Shown one piece after another: positions 1 through 8,923 of a stretch of 32,000 nucleotides of DNA (the stretch's first letter is position 1; every line of letters begins with the position of its first letter). This DNA comes from Corynebacterium glutamicum ATCC 13032 (GTDB lineage Bacteria; Actinomycetota; Actinomycetes; Mycobacteriales; Mycobacteriaceae): the NCBI RefSeq assembly GCF_000011325.1, contig NC_003450.3, positions 1,860,001-1,892,000 on the forward strand, read 5' to 3'. The notes below the pieces were generated by a model. It saw only the letters and a list, made by a program, of their open reading frames with translations, did no database searches and was not told where the DNA came from. A program made the position numbers and the translations under genes.

Positions 1-730
1 TGGTGTGGGTAAAACAGAAATGGCGCGTATTCTCTCTCGCGCCATTAATGGCGGCGATCCCATCATTATCAATGGTCCCGAATACATTAGTCCTGAGTCC
101 ATTACTGGCCTTATCGGATCATCCGATGGCTATATCGGCTCTAATTCTAAGCGTGCTAAACCACTCGACCCGCTGATTTCTAATCCGCGTCAGGTGATTG
201 TGCTCGATGAATTTGAGAAGTCTCACCCTCATTTCCAGCAATTGTTCATGGCAGCTCTTGATACAGGCACTATGGCGATGGCTAATGGCACGACATTGAA
301 TTTCTCTCAGGCCATTATCATTGCCACCACCAATGCAGCCCGCGACAAAATCGGTCGTGACAGCTTTGGATTCGATTCAGATAATTCAGGTGTCCTCGGT
401 TCTGCTCAAGCAGCAACTGATCCGCGTGCACAGGAACGCCTCAAGTCACTGATGTCCAAGGATTTCCCTGTTGAACTGCTCAACCGTTTCCAGAATATCT
501 TTGCCTTCAACCGCATTGATGCAGGCACCTACCGTGAGATTCTGGACAATCTCTACCAGCGTCGCCGTGACGCCGTGCTGCTTAGCCACCCGCATTACGC
601 AGCACAGATCCCTGCAGATATTGATTCAGACACTCTTGATCAGCTGGTGGAAACCACCTTTATCTCAGATTTTGGTGCACGTCCTGCTGCACGCACCATC
701 GAAGACCACATCGCATCCTTGCTGATGTGA
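1..730 (+). CDS. Clp/Hsp100-type AAA+ ATPase, C-terminal (D2-like) module; 5' end lies outside the window
   Basis: The frame is open from nt 2 and begins inside a Walker A (GVGKTE). It continues with QVIVLDEFEKSHP (Walker B), IIIATTN (sensor 1) and DFGARPAARTIE (cf. FGARPLKR of the ClpA/B small domain). Confidence 0.8.
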   Translation, partial: GVGKTEMARILSRAINGGDPIIINGPEYISPESITGLIGSSDGYIGSNSKRAKPLDPLISNPRQVIVLDEFEKSHPHFQQLFMAALDTGTMAMANGTTLNFSQAIIIATTNAARDKIGRDSFGFDSDNSGVLGSAQAATDPRAQERLKSLMSKDFPVELLNRFQNIFAFNRIDAGTYREILDNLYQRRRDAVLLSHPHYAAQIPADIDSDTLDQLVETTFISDFGARPAARTIEDHIASLLM

Positions 731-751
731 CCAACCTTTTAGGAGTACATC

Positions 752-1228
752 ATGATTGATACCACTGCTAACAGCACCTCAGGCACCCTACCTACACTCA
801 CTGCTGACCAAGCTGCGTTTATCACCGGTTTTTGCGAGGCTGCTATCTTCACAGCCACCGTCACAATAGATAACGAACCTATATTTCTTGATGAAGCGTT
901 CTTCTTAGGTCAAGAAACCTATACCGACATTCTCATGAATCAACTCCGCACCAATGAAGCCATTGTTAAAGACTGTCTCGACTTCTTCCTTGACAACTAC
1001 ACCACAATGAACAAGCTCATTGTTGATGGTCTATGCCCAGATTGGGAGCACCACGGCCATGATTTCCTACTCACCCGTGACCATCATGGTGCCGGATTCT
1101 GGGATCGTGGCTACGACGAATACGGTGCCCAACTCACCGACAATGCCGAAAAATATTCAGAAAACTGTCTCAATTTCTGGATTGAGCCTGATAGTGACCC
1201 TCTCATTATCAACTTCGAGTACCACTAA
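752..1228 (+). CDS. hypothetical protein (158 aa) with HGHDFLLTRDHHGAGFWDRG motif
   Basis: An AGGAG lies 7 nt upstream of the ATG, 21 nt after the preceding stop. I can assign no domain. Confidence 0.6.
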   Translation: MIDTTANSTSGTLPTLTADQAAFITGFCEAAIFTATVTIDNEPIFLDEAFFLGQETYTDILMNQLRTNEAIVKDCLDFFLDNYTTMNKLIVDGLCPDWEHHGHDFLLTRDHHGAGFWDRGYDEYGAQLTDNAEKYSENCLNFWIEPDSDPLIINFEYH

Positions 1229-1319
1229 CACCCCTTGACCTTATTTTTCTTTGGTTAAGGGGTGTTAGCCACCCCACCTACTCACTGTTATTTCCCACGA
1301 CCAAAGAAAACTCACCCAC

Positions 1320-1478
1320 ATGTACGATTTTCAAACTATCCCGCAGCCACCTCGTGACGGCTACGACAACCCCTCACTTGATCCACGCAACCCTGGTTAC
1401 CGCGAGCAAGAGTACGAGGATTACCTCAACGCCGTGCTCATGACAGGTAATTCAACGCGTTACCCTGCTGCAGCATAA
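1320..1478 (+). CDS. possible small ORF (52 aa, MYDFQTIPQPPRDGYDNPSLDPRNPGYREQEYEDYLNAVLMTGNSTRYPAAA)
   Basis: This is the only open frame in the 300-nt gap before the helicase. It has no clear SD and is below the ORF-track cutoff. Confidence 0.25.
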   Translation: MYDFQTIPQPPRDGYDNPSLDPRNPGYREQEYEDYLNAVLMTGNSTRYPAAA

Positions 1479-1534
1479 AAGAACCTGCCTCAACACACCT
1501 CCACTTTTTCTACTTTTAAGAAAGCCACATTCTC

Positions 1535-4500
1535 ATGCCAATTATCATTGATAACCTCAATTCTGACGACGACTCCACCATCGGCACTGCCACCGAATAC
1601 AACCCTGACACTGACGCCGATTTACTTGATGCTATTAACGCTGATGCTGACCTTGATGGCGACGCCACCATCAGCACTAACGCGACAGAAGAAGGTGTAG
1701 ACGCAGCAGCTGAAAAACCTAAGAAAAAGCGTAAAGCCCCTGCTCTGAAGCCTAAAGGACTCACGGCAAAGTTCTTCCACCGTGATCTTACTGGCGTAGG
1801 TGGTAGGACCGGTCGCCTCAACAAGAACGTACACCCGACCAACCCAGATCTGTCCTACCAGCCAGTCTCTGATGTCTACACCCCACAATCAGCAGATCAC
1901 AAGGGTATTAAGACCCGCTACATCCTTACCCATCCAACCCCCGCTGTTGTTCTCAGTGAGTCCATCAGCAACGCGTTTCATGTCTCTACCCTGCGTCGCA
2001 ACAATAATGTCAACAACTCTGATTCGGAATTGGCTGCCTGGCCGTACCTCTACCAACTCGATATTCCGCAGCTGGACCAGATGATTAATGTCGCTGACAT
2101 CTGTGATTACCATTTCCACGGATATAACCTGTGGGTGGATTTTACCCCGCAGACTATCGCTCTACGATCCGGTAAGACGGTACTCGATGACGGTACCACC
2201 GCCTCTGATAACACCACTCATGTCTATTACCGCGTCACCGTTCACGTTATTGCCGGTCAAGATCATGGATCTACTCTGCTTGATGACCAGGGCAACCAGG
2301 TGCTTGATAGGGATGATAATCCTATTTCTACCCCAAGTATCAAGCGTATTGGCGCTGTCACTGATCTTTTCGATCACAATCCTTTTGGCTTCGCTAGTGT
2401 AAACTCTTTCGCATTTGTCGATTTCTCATGGGACCCAGCCACCACCTTGGTCGATATGCTCAACAACCTTGATTCATATCTCTCTAATCACATCAATATT
2501 GCCAGCTCCCCAACCCCCATTGCCCTCGATATGGTTGTGCTCAATGAATGGTCTGAAAAGTCCTATCAGCTGTGCGAACGCGTTGTTGCACAGGCAAAGC
2601 TCATCAACAGCAACAAGATCACCGCACATGTGAGTGATGTCATCAAGCAAAATGCCCACAATATCTTGTGGTTTACCGAACAGATGAACCCTGGCACCAC
2701 CAACCTCAGCGAGGTACCTATCTCCAAGAAGTCTATGCTGCCGATGTCTCGCCAGCTACGTATTTTGGAGCACTACGATGTACCACTGACCGCGTACTCT
2801 GCTCTTTTCTGGACTGTCAGCGCCATTAAGAATGAATCTATGGTGCAGTACCTTGTGCGACAGAATATGCAGCTCACCTTGAGCTCAAATCTGGATGCAC
2901 TCAACTCCATTGTCTCCCAGCTCCCTGTACCAGATAAGGACGTTGTGGCTGCTTCTGGCTACCAGATTCAGCCACACTTCTCCACGCAGCAGCGTGAAGC
3001 AATCACCACTGATAATCCTCTCGCGATTATTCAGGCCGGTGCTGGTACCGGTAAATCCACCGTGATTCTGGAACGCATTGAGTACTTGTGCGCTGCAGGC
3101 ACCAACCCTGAAGAGATTGCTGTGCTGTCTTTTACTAATGCTGCCGCCGATAACATCACAGCAAAAAATGACAAGGTGACCTCTATGACCATCTCCAAGA
3201 TGGTTCATGAGATTTACGCACACAATTTCCCTGATCATGAGATCTCCACCATCGACACCATTATCAATACGCTTGATATTGAATACGGCGATCAAATGGT
3301 GACCTCCGATTACATGATTCAGCTCCGTGACCTGCTCTATAAGGTCATGACGCAGGGTGGCAACGCCAACCTGACAGCGTTGAGCATCTTCATGGAATCC
3401 CATATCGAGGCGTTCATCTCGGTGTTGGATCAGATCAAGCAGACTTCTCTTGAGCTGGAAATCATCATCTGCTACCTGCTCTTGGATAAGCTGATCGAGC
3501 CTCATGCATCGCCGAAGTACCTCATTATTGATGAGGTGCAGGACAACTCGGTCTTCGAGTTCGTCTTTGCACTTCGTTTTGCGGCAAAGCACAATACGAG
3601 TCTGTACTTGGTGGGTGACTCGTCACAGACCTTGTATGAGTTCCGTTCTGCTAACCCTAAGGCTCTGAACTCCCTGGAAGCATCTGGTGTTTTCGGTACC
3701 TACCGTTTGACCACCAATTACCGTTCCAACCAGGAAATTCTTGACTTCGCTAATATCCACCTCTCGGATATTGAAGCTAACCAGTTCGCAGGTATTCAGC
3801 TCTACGCCAACTCTTTTGATGCACCTACTGCGGACAGCTTCAAAGAAAAGGTTGAACTGGACATGCACCATGTGTCTAAGCAGTCTGAGTTTACCGACAG
3901 CATTCCTTATTTCATGGAGTCCAATAAAGCTCGCTTTGATGCTGCGATCTTGAACAATGAGCAAACCATTGTGCTTGCTCATTCTGGTCGTGAAATTCGT
4001 GCAGCGCAGCAAGCGCTAGCCGAGATGTACCCCAGCATCACGGTGCGTAACTTGCAGTCCGATAAGGGTTTCAACAACACGGTATTTTCGACCTTTATTA
4101 AGGATTTCTGGTTTGAGGTCACCGCTGTAGACCCAGCTCATGCCGCATTTACCTTTACCAGCCAAGTCACCGCTCATCTAGATAAGTTGGTACGCGGAAA
4201 GCGTGAGCAGATGGAGGATCGCGTTATCCGGTCTATGGCTGCATGGTGGCGTGAAAATGAGCGTGACATCCAGGGTTGGGTGCAGCAAACTCAGTCCGGT
4301 GCGATCACCAACGAAGAGTTCTTCTACCGTCTTCGTCAGTGCATTCTTGACTATGAAATCAGGAATAACCGAGCACGTCAGTCCATGCTCAATGCGCGCA
4401 ACAACGCTAACAAGGAGGCTGTCGCACAGGAGAAACCACTGCTCATGGTCTCCACCATTCACAGTGCAAAGGGTCTGGAATTCGATAATGTCATCGTGCT

Positions 4501-5302
4501 TCAAAAACCAAGCTCCGATGCAGAGATGACCGAAGAAGGTAAGCGCGCAACCTATGTGGCGCTGACCCGTGCAAAAAAGCGTGAACTCATTATTGCTGGT
4601 TCTACTCGCGCATACCCACGCATCGTCACCGATTATGAGCAAATCGTTGATCTTCTTGAAAAGCGCGATGAGGAGCGCAAAATTAAGGAGGAAGAGGCTG
4701 CAGCACTCGCCACCCTTGAAGCTGAACAGGAGACGCGCGCCCTTGCTGCTGCTGAGGCGCAGGCTCAGGCGTTGTTGCTTGAGCACAACCCGTGGTTGCG
4801 TGATCTCAGCGATGAAGAAGTCACTGCTCTAACTGAGCAAGAGATCATCAACAATGTTGAGGCAGCCCTACAGATTGAAGAAGAGGAGGAAGAGGCTCGT
4901 GCACTCGCTGCAGCAGAGCCAGCAATTCAGCAGTACTTGTCTCAGTTTGCTTTCGATGAGTTCCCGGACGACGACAATGTAGCCAACACTGTCGTACATG
5001 TAGCACCACAGCCTATTCTCCACCAGGCAGTGCCTGCAGATGTGACTGTACAATCAAGCACCGCCCCCGTAACACCTGTTGTTGCGGATCTTGAGGTAAC
5101 CACTGTTGCAGCTGATCCAGTCGAACCGACTATCGTTGCTGCACAGCCTGAGGTGGACGACAACCTTGTCTACAGCACGTCCACCCCTAATAGTCACAGT
5201 GACGTTATTGCAGTGAACTCTGATACCTCAGAAAACGCTGCTGTTAATCCAGTTCTGTCCGATATTGAGGCACTCCGAGCAATTTTCAACAACCAGGACT
5301 AA
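1535..5302 (+). CDS. UvrD/Rep/PcrA-like superfamily-1 DNA helicase with long unknown N-terminal (~480 aa) and acidic/coiled C-terminal (~250 aa) extensions
   Basis: SF1 motifs appear in order: AGAGTGKST (I), YLIIDEVQDNS (II), LVGDSSQTLYEFRSANP (III), TTNYRSNQEIL (IV), VSTIHSAKGLEFDNVIVL (V), ATYVALTRAKKREL (VI). Confidence 0.9.
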   Translation: MPIIIDNLNSDDDSTIGTATEYNPDTDADLLDAINADADLDGDATISTNATEEGVDAAAEKPKKKRKAPALKPKGLTAKFFHRDLTGVGGRTGRLNKNVHPTNPDLSYQPVSDVYTPQSADHKGIKTRYILTHPTPAVVLSESISNAFHVSTLRRNNNVNNSDSELAAWPYLYQLDIPQLDQMINVADICDYHFHGYNLWVDFTPQTIALRSGKTVLDDGTTASDNTTHVYYRVTVHVIAGQDHGSTLLDDQGNQVLDRDDNPISTPSIKRIGAVTDLFDHNPFGFASVNSFAFVDFSWDPATTLVDMLNNLDSYLSNHINIASSPTPIALDMVVLNEWSEKSYQLCERVVAQAKLINSNKITAHVSDVIKQNAHNILWFTEQMNPGTTNLSEVPISKKSMLPMSRQLRILEHYDVPLTAYSALFWTVSAIKNESMVQYLVRQNMQLTLSSNLDALNSIVSQLPVPDKDVVAASGYQIQPHFSTQQREAITTDNPLAIIQAGAGTGKSTVILERIEYLCAAGTNPEEIAVLSFTNAAADNITAKNDKVTSMTISKMVHEIYAHNFPDHEISTIDTIINTLDIEYGDQMVTSDYMIQLRDLLYKVMTQGGNANLTALSIFMESHIEAFISVLDQIKQTSLELEIIICYLLLDKLIEPHASPKYLIIDEVQDNSVFEFVFALRFAAKHNTSLYLVGDSSQTLYEFRSANPKALNSLEASGVFGTYRLTTNYRSNQEILDFANIHLSDIEANQFAGIQLYANSFDAPTADSFKEKVELDMHHVSKQSEFTDSIPYFMESNKARFDAAILNNEQTIVLAHSGREIRAAQQALAEMYPSITVRNLQSDKGFNNTVFSTFIKDFWFEVTAVDPAHAAFTFTSQVTAHLDKLVRGKREQMEDRVIRSMAAWWRENERDIQGWVQQTQSGAITNEEFFYRLRQCILDYEIRNNRARQSMLNARNNANKEAVAQEKPLLMVSTIHSAKGLEFDNVIVLQKPSSDAEMTEEGKRATYVALTRAKKRELIIAGSTRAYPRIVTDYEQIVDLLEKRDEERKIKEEEAAALATLEAEQETRALAAAEAQAQALLLEHNPWLRDLSDEEVTALTEQEIINNVEAALQIEEEEEEARALAAAEPAIQQYLSQFAFDEFPDDDNVANTVVHVAPQPILHQAVPADVTVQSSTAPVTPVVADLEVTTVAADPVEPTIVAAQPEVDDNLVYSTSTPNSHSDVIAVNSDTSENAAVNPVLSDIEALRAIFNNQD

Positions 5303-5342
5303 AACACCTGCTGCTGTTGAGCGCTTCTCACACATCATCCTC

Positions 5343-5407
5343 ACAACCCCGTTGCAGCACCAGCATAAATCTATATTCGCTGTGACGGGGTTGTTGGGGC
5401 GCGCCCC
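5343..5407 (+). terminator. possible terminator/structured spacer after the helicase
   Basis: ACAACCCCGT (5343-5352) pairs with ACGGGGTTGT (5385-5394). The palindrome GGGGCGCGCCCC (5396-5407) follows, then CTCTTTTT. The geometry is not canonical. Confidence 0.3.
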
Positions 5408-5447
5408 ACATTCACTCTTTTTCCCGATTGGTTTCTACTACACACCC

Positions 5448-5825
5448 ATGACCTCTATTACTACTACCGATACCCCGCTATATACAGCACTGCCCCATAC
5501 CCGTATCTCTGATGCGGAATTGTTGACACCAACAACAACTGTGCACGAGATTCTCGTTTACGGACCGGCTGAGTGCCCAGGGTGTACAGCAACGCTTGAC
5601 TTCTTTGCACGCAAAAACATGCCGGCCACCAAAGTCACTGTAGCTGCCGGTGATGTAGCACATACCTACATCACCCAAGACTTAGGTTATCTCCAAGCAC
5701 CGATTGTCACTGTCCGTATCAGTTCCTCTGCTTCTAACCACGACAACGAACACAACACCCAGATCCTGCACTGGTCCGGCGTTAATCGCTACCTCATGCA
5801 GGCACTCTCCCGTACTCATTTCTAG
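5448..5825 (+). CDS. NrdH/glutaredoxin-like small redoxin (CPGC active site)
   Basis: ILVYGPAECPGCTATLDFF ... LQAPIVTV ... WSGVN follows the NrdH/Grx thioredoxin-fold pattern. The start is uncertain: ATG 5448 has no SD, and the ORF-track start at 5265 lies inside the helicase 3' end. Confidence 0.65.
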   Translation: MTSITTTDTPLYTALPHTRISDAELLTPTTTVHEILVYGPAECPGCTATLDFFARKNMPATKVTVAAGDVAHTYITQDLGYLQAPIVTVRISSSASNHDNEHNTQILHWSGVNRYLMQALSRTHF

Positions 5826-5841
5826 AAAGGTTTTTCCCGTC

Positions 5842-6222
5842 ATGTCTGAATCTACTTCTTCTGCTAACTCCACCACCATCCTCAACGACACCTTCAACCC
5901 GAAGCCTGGCGTACCTTATGCACGCGTCGATAATCTCGAATTTGCCACACGTGACGAATTCCGCGCTTGGGCTACCGCAGAGATGGAGGCCGGTAACGTT
6001 ATCTCTGCAACCATCGCCAATGCCCCACGCGAAGACCGCATCAAGTCTTTTGTCATGGATCTTGTTCGAGACGGTATTGACGACGCTGCTGAGGAAATCG
6101 TCTCACGCATTGATAGCGGTGACTTCACTATGAAGGAAGCTCTCACCGCGATCGCGGCATCAATCAACGACCTCGATGCTGACGATGTAGTCAGCGACAT
6201 CGTTGAAAACCACTTCAACTAG
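5842..6222 (+). CDS. hypothetical acidic protein (126 aa)
   Basis: ATG at 5842 with AGAAAGG 11 nt upstream. A strong terminator follows the ORF. Confidence 0.55.
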   Translation: MSESTSSANSTTILNDTFNPKPGVPYARVDNLEFATRDEFRAWATAEMEAGNVISATIANAPREDRIKSFVMDLVRDGIDDAAEEIVSRIDSGDFTMKEALTAIAASINDLDADDVVSDIVENHFN

Positions 6223-6243
6223 TCAACACACCAGCCCTCCACA

Positions 6244-6282
6244 AGAGCGTCGAAGCAATCTACGCTTCGACGCTCTTTTTTT
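6244..6282 (+). terminator. rho-independent terminator
   Basis: A 13-bp stem, AGAGCGTCGAAGC/GCTTCGACGCTCT, has a 7-nt loop and is followed by T6 (6277-6282). Confidence 0.85.
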
Positions 6283-6327
6283 CACTACCTACTCATCCCC
6301 CACATAAGAAAAAAAGACGACACCACC

Positions 6328-6795
6328 ATGATTGACCATAAACTGTGGTTTAACACAGTAACCAACAACGCCTCTGTCCGAGAAGCTGCAGGAAAATGCG
6401 ACATACCCATCAGAACGCTCAACGAGCAGCTTAACCGTCGAATACTCCCTGAAAAGACCGTCATCGCTCTAGCACGCGCTTATGATCTCTCACCTGTTGA
6501 TGCGCTCGTTCGCACCGGACACCTCACCGAAGAAGAGGCTGGTAGTCGTGAAGAAGATGCCAGCCCAGATTCAGCTGACGACTACCCTACCTGGGCACTG
6601 AACTCGCACCTTGACTATGGCATTCTCGGAGCTTTTGGCGACATCGCTGAAGAAGTAAACAGCGAAAGAGTTAACCGCGACAACGCCATAGAGCAAATTC
6701 GCGCATGGCTCGACGAGCTTCCAGGCAGCCTATTCAACAACCTCCGCAGCACTAAAACAGGCTACATCGAACTATTCGAGACCTATCTCGATTAA
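6328..6795 (+). CDS. putative helix-turn-helix DNA-binding protein (155 aa)
   Basis: The N-terminus SVREAAGKCDIPIRTLNEQLNR...VIALARAY fits an HTH pattern. The remainder is acidic and unknown. Confidence 0.5.
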   Translation: MIDHKLWFNTVTNNASVREAAGKCDIPIRTLNEQLNRRILPEKTVIALARAYDLSPVDALVRTGHLTEEEAGSREEDASPDSADDYPTWALNSHLDYGILGAFGDIAEEVNSERVNRDNAIEQIRAWLDELPGSLFNNLRSTKTGYIELFETYLD

Positions 6796-6831
6796 ACCCA
6801 ACCAGCACAACAATAAGGAGAACCCTCACCA

Positions 6832-7098
6832 ATGTCCTTTAAGCACCTCTACGACAAGACACCAGAAATGATCGTCCATGTGTACTGTTCCGGGCCACTG
6901 TGTGATGCAGAATTAGAGCATGACCGTGATGGGTGGACATGCCCTGAATGTGGCACTTTTTGGGTTGACCCCAGCGGCAAAGGCGAACGCGCCCAGGTTG
7001 ATACACCCGATGATGAACTAGAGGGGTTACCTGTCTATAACCTCTCAGGTGAACACCTCTACAACCATCATGAGCATCCAGAAAGCGCGGAAATATAA
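6832..7098 (+). CDS. small zinc-ribbon protein (88 aa)
   Basis: AAGGAG lies 9 nt upstream. There are two Cys pairs, CSGPLC and CPEC. The stop overlaps the next start (TAATG). Confidence 0.6.
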   Translation: MSFKHLYDKTPEMIVHVYCSGPLCDAELEHDRDGWTCPECGTFWVDPSGKGERAQVDTPDDELEGLPVYNLSGEHLYNHHEHPESAEI

Positions 7099-7877
7099 TG
7101 ACCACACCTCACTCCCACCGCGCACCACGTCTGGCATCCACGGTCATTATTGCCCGCGAGTCTGCTGACTCAGGTACCTTAGAATTCTTTATCCAGCAGC
7201 GACAATCCACTATGGCTTATGCAGCAAACGCTGTTGTTTTCCCAGGCGGCGGTGTTGAGGACAGCGATTATCCCTTTATGCTCCCCCACCGCGATCAGCA
7301 CATGTCGCCTGAACACATCAAGCATCATGCCAGCCGACTCCACATGGACTCAGAAACTATGGCAGCTCATATTTCCGCTGCACGCCGGGAAGTATGGGAA
7401 GAAACAGGCGTTGATCTCGGTAATTACAACCATGAACTCATCCCGATCGACCGCTGGATCACACCTGATATTCCTGCTTTTAGGCGCCGTTACGACACCG
7501 CCACCTTTGTACTTATTCTAAGCAAAGACAGCACTAACGCAGCTCTGCAGCACCAGCATCAAACCACCGAGGCCACCCATTCTTATTGGGCAACTGCAGA
7601 AGAACTGCTCACTCAATGGTCAACAGGTCATCTCAACCTGTTGTTACCAACGTGGTGGCATATCAACCAGCTCAATCACCTCCACACGCTAAACCAGCTG
7701 TATAGCTTTGCCCAGCGTACCCATAATCCGCAGCACACTCCACCCACAGTGTTTGCTAACTGGACTGCACCGGCTGATGAGGCCGCCATGCAGCACTATG
7801 GGTTCCCTGATCCCGATGCGTACTTTGACCATGCCACTATCGCAGGAAAACACCACACACTCATCACAAGAAAGTAG
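7098..7877 (+). CDS. NUDIX-family hydrolase with an insertion inside the Nudix box
   Basis: FPGGGVEDSDY is separated by about 45 aa from AARREVWEETGVDL (the REx2EExGU half of the Nudix box). The gene is translationally coupled to the upstream ORF. Confidence 0.75.
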   Translation: MTTPHSHRAPRLASTVIIARESADSGTLEFFIQQRQSTMAYAANAVVFPGGGVEDSDYPFMLPHRDQHMSPEHIKHHASRLHMDSETMAAHISAARREVWEETGVDLGNYNHELIPIDRWITPDIPAFRRRYDTATFVLILSKDSTNAALQHQHQTTEATHSYWATAEELLTQWSTGHLNLLLPTWWHINQLNHLHTLNQLYSFAQRTHNPQHTPPTVFANWTAPADEAAMQHYGFPDPDAYFDHATIAGKHHTLITRK

Positions 7878-7885
7878 GTCTCACC

Positions 7886-8590
7886 ATGACTTTTGCAGAA
7901 CTTAGCTCACCGCGTACCATCATCGCTTTTAATGGCCGTGCCGAATCTGGCAAAGATACTGCAGCACAGTATCTCACCCATATGCACAGTTTTCACCGCA
8001 TCGCCTTTGCCGATGGTGTCCGTGACGCACTCTATGCGCTTAACCCACTGGTCTGTGTGGAGCAGGCTATCACCACACATGGTGCCATTTATGACCGCGT
8101 GGCCACTGTTGTGGACACACTTGGTTGGGATACCGCAAAGCAAATCCCCGACATCCGCGCACTTATGCAGCGTATTGGTACCGAAGCTGGTTGGCGCATC
8201 CACGGCGAGCATCTGTGGGTCAATCTTGCTATCAAAAAGATCAATGAACTGCCCGCTGACCACGCCATTGTCATCACTGATTTGCGATTCCCCAATGAGA
8301 TTGAGTGGTTGAACAGCCTCAAAGCCAACCCGATGAACACCATTCAGACCGTCAAAGTCATCCGACCAGATCATGAATCGACCTTGACTGCAGGATCATT
8401 CGGTACTACCTCACATATTTCCGAAAGCTTTAATCTCACTACCGACACTGTGCTCCGCAACGATGGCACCATTGACGATTTGCACTCAAAGCTGGCTGAT
8501 TTTTTGAGCACTTCCCCGCAGCCCGTGCTCTCTCGTAACGCCCCTGTACCAAAACACAACGCACCGGCACCAACCACTGATGCCATGTAA
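7886..8590 (+). CDS. P-loop kinase resembling phage T4 gp1-type deoxynucleoside-monophosphate kinase
   Basis: IIAFNGRAESGKDT (P-loop) and VITDLRFPNEIEWL (DxRFxNE) match the dNMP-kinase family pattern. Confidence 0.65.
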   Translation: MTFAELSSPRTIIAFNGRAESGKDTAAQYLTHMHSFHRIAFADGVRDALYALNPLVCVEQAITTHGAIYDRVATVVDTLGWDTAKQIPDIRALMQRIGTEAGWRIHGEHLWVNLAIKKINELPADHAIVITDLRFPNEIEWLNSLKANPMNTIQTVKVIRPDHESTLTAGSFGTTSHISESFNLTTDTVLRNDGTIDDLHSKLADFLSTSPQPVLSRNAPVPKHNAPAPTTDAM

Positions 8591-8650
8591 ATAACCCCCG
8601 TATCAAGATCACTGCCACACAGCAGCTCTTGATACGGGGGTTATTTTTTT
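8591..8650 (+). terminator. rho-independent terminator
   Basis: A 16-bp stem, AACCCCCGTATCAAGA (8593-8608) / TCTTGATACGGGGGTT (8627-8642), is followed by T7 (8644-8650). It also closes the convergent minus-strand operon. Confidence 0.8.
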
Positions 8651-8667
8651 GCTCAACAGCTCATACC

Positions 8668-8895
8668 TTAACCAAAGCTAAAGCCATCATTTTGCTGCTG
8701 AACTTGGGTTTCTTCCTGGATAACAGGTCGCTCTTCTTGGTTCATTGCCTGATAACGCTGACGCATCCGAAGCTGCTGGTCCACAGAGTTGAGCACACCG
8801 TTCGCGTCCATACCACCCTCTCCAAGTCGTACCTGCGTCTTAGGTACGCCCATAAGCTCTTGGGTGTCGCGGTTTGTCGGATCTGGGGTCGTCAT
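8668..8895 (-). CDS. small hypothetical protein (75 aa), last gene of the polymerase operon
   Basis: The start lies 28 nt after the 722-aa ORF stop, with GAAAGAAG upstream. No domain recognised. Confidence 0.4.
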   Translation of the reverse strand: MTTPDPTNRDTQELMGVPKTQVRLGEGGMDANGVLNSVDQQLRMRQRYQAMNQEERPVIQEETQVQQQNDGFSFG

Positions 8896-8923
8896 AATAA
8901 ATTCTTCTTTCTATCATTTTCTA

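Noticed and set aside
1227-1266. 10-bp inverted repeat AACACCCCTT...AAGGGGTGTT after the 158-aa ORF as a terminator
   Set aside because: It has a 20-nt loop and no downstream U-tract, so it is not a convincing intrinsic terminator.
2885-4786. Minus-strand ORFs of 235, 129 and 202 aa inside the helicase gene
   Set aside because: They are antisense shadows of a CDS with a complete SF1 motif set. No start context or recognisable domains.
5265-5447. Long 186-aa version of the redoxin ORF starting at 5265
   Set aside because: It begins inside the helicase 3' end and reads through the hairpin-rich spacer. The thioredoxin-fold pattern only starts after ATG 5448.
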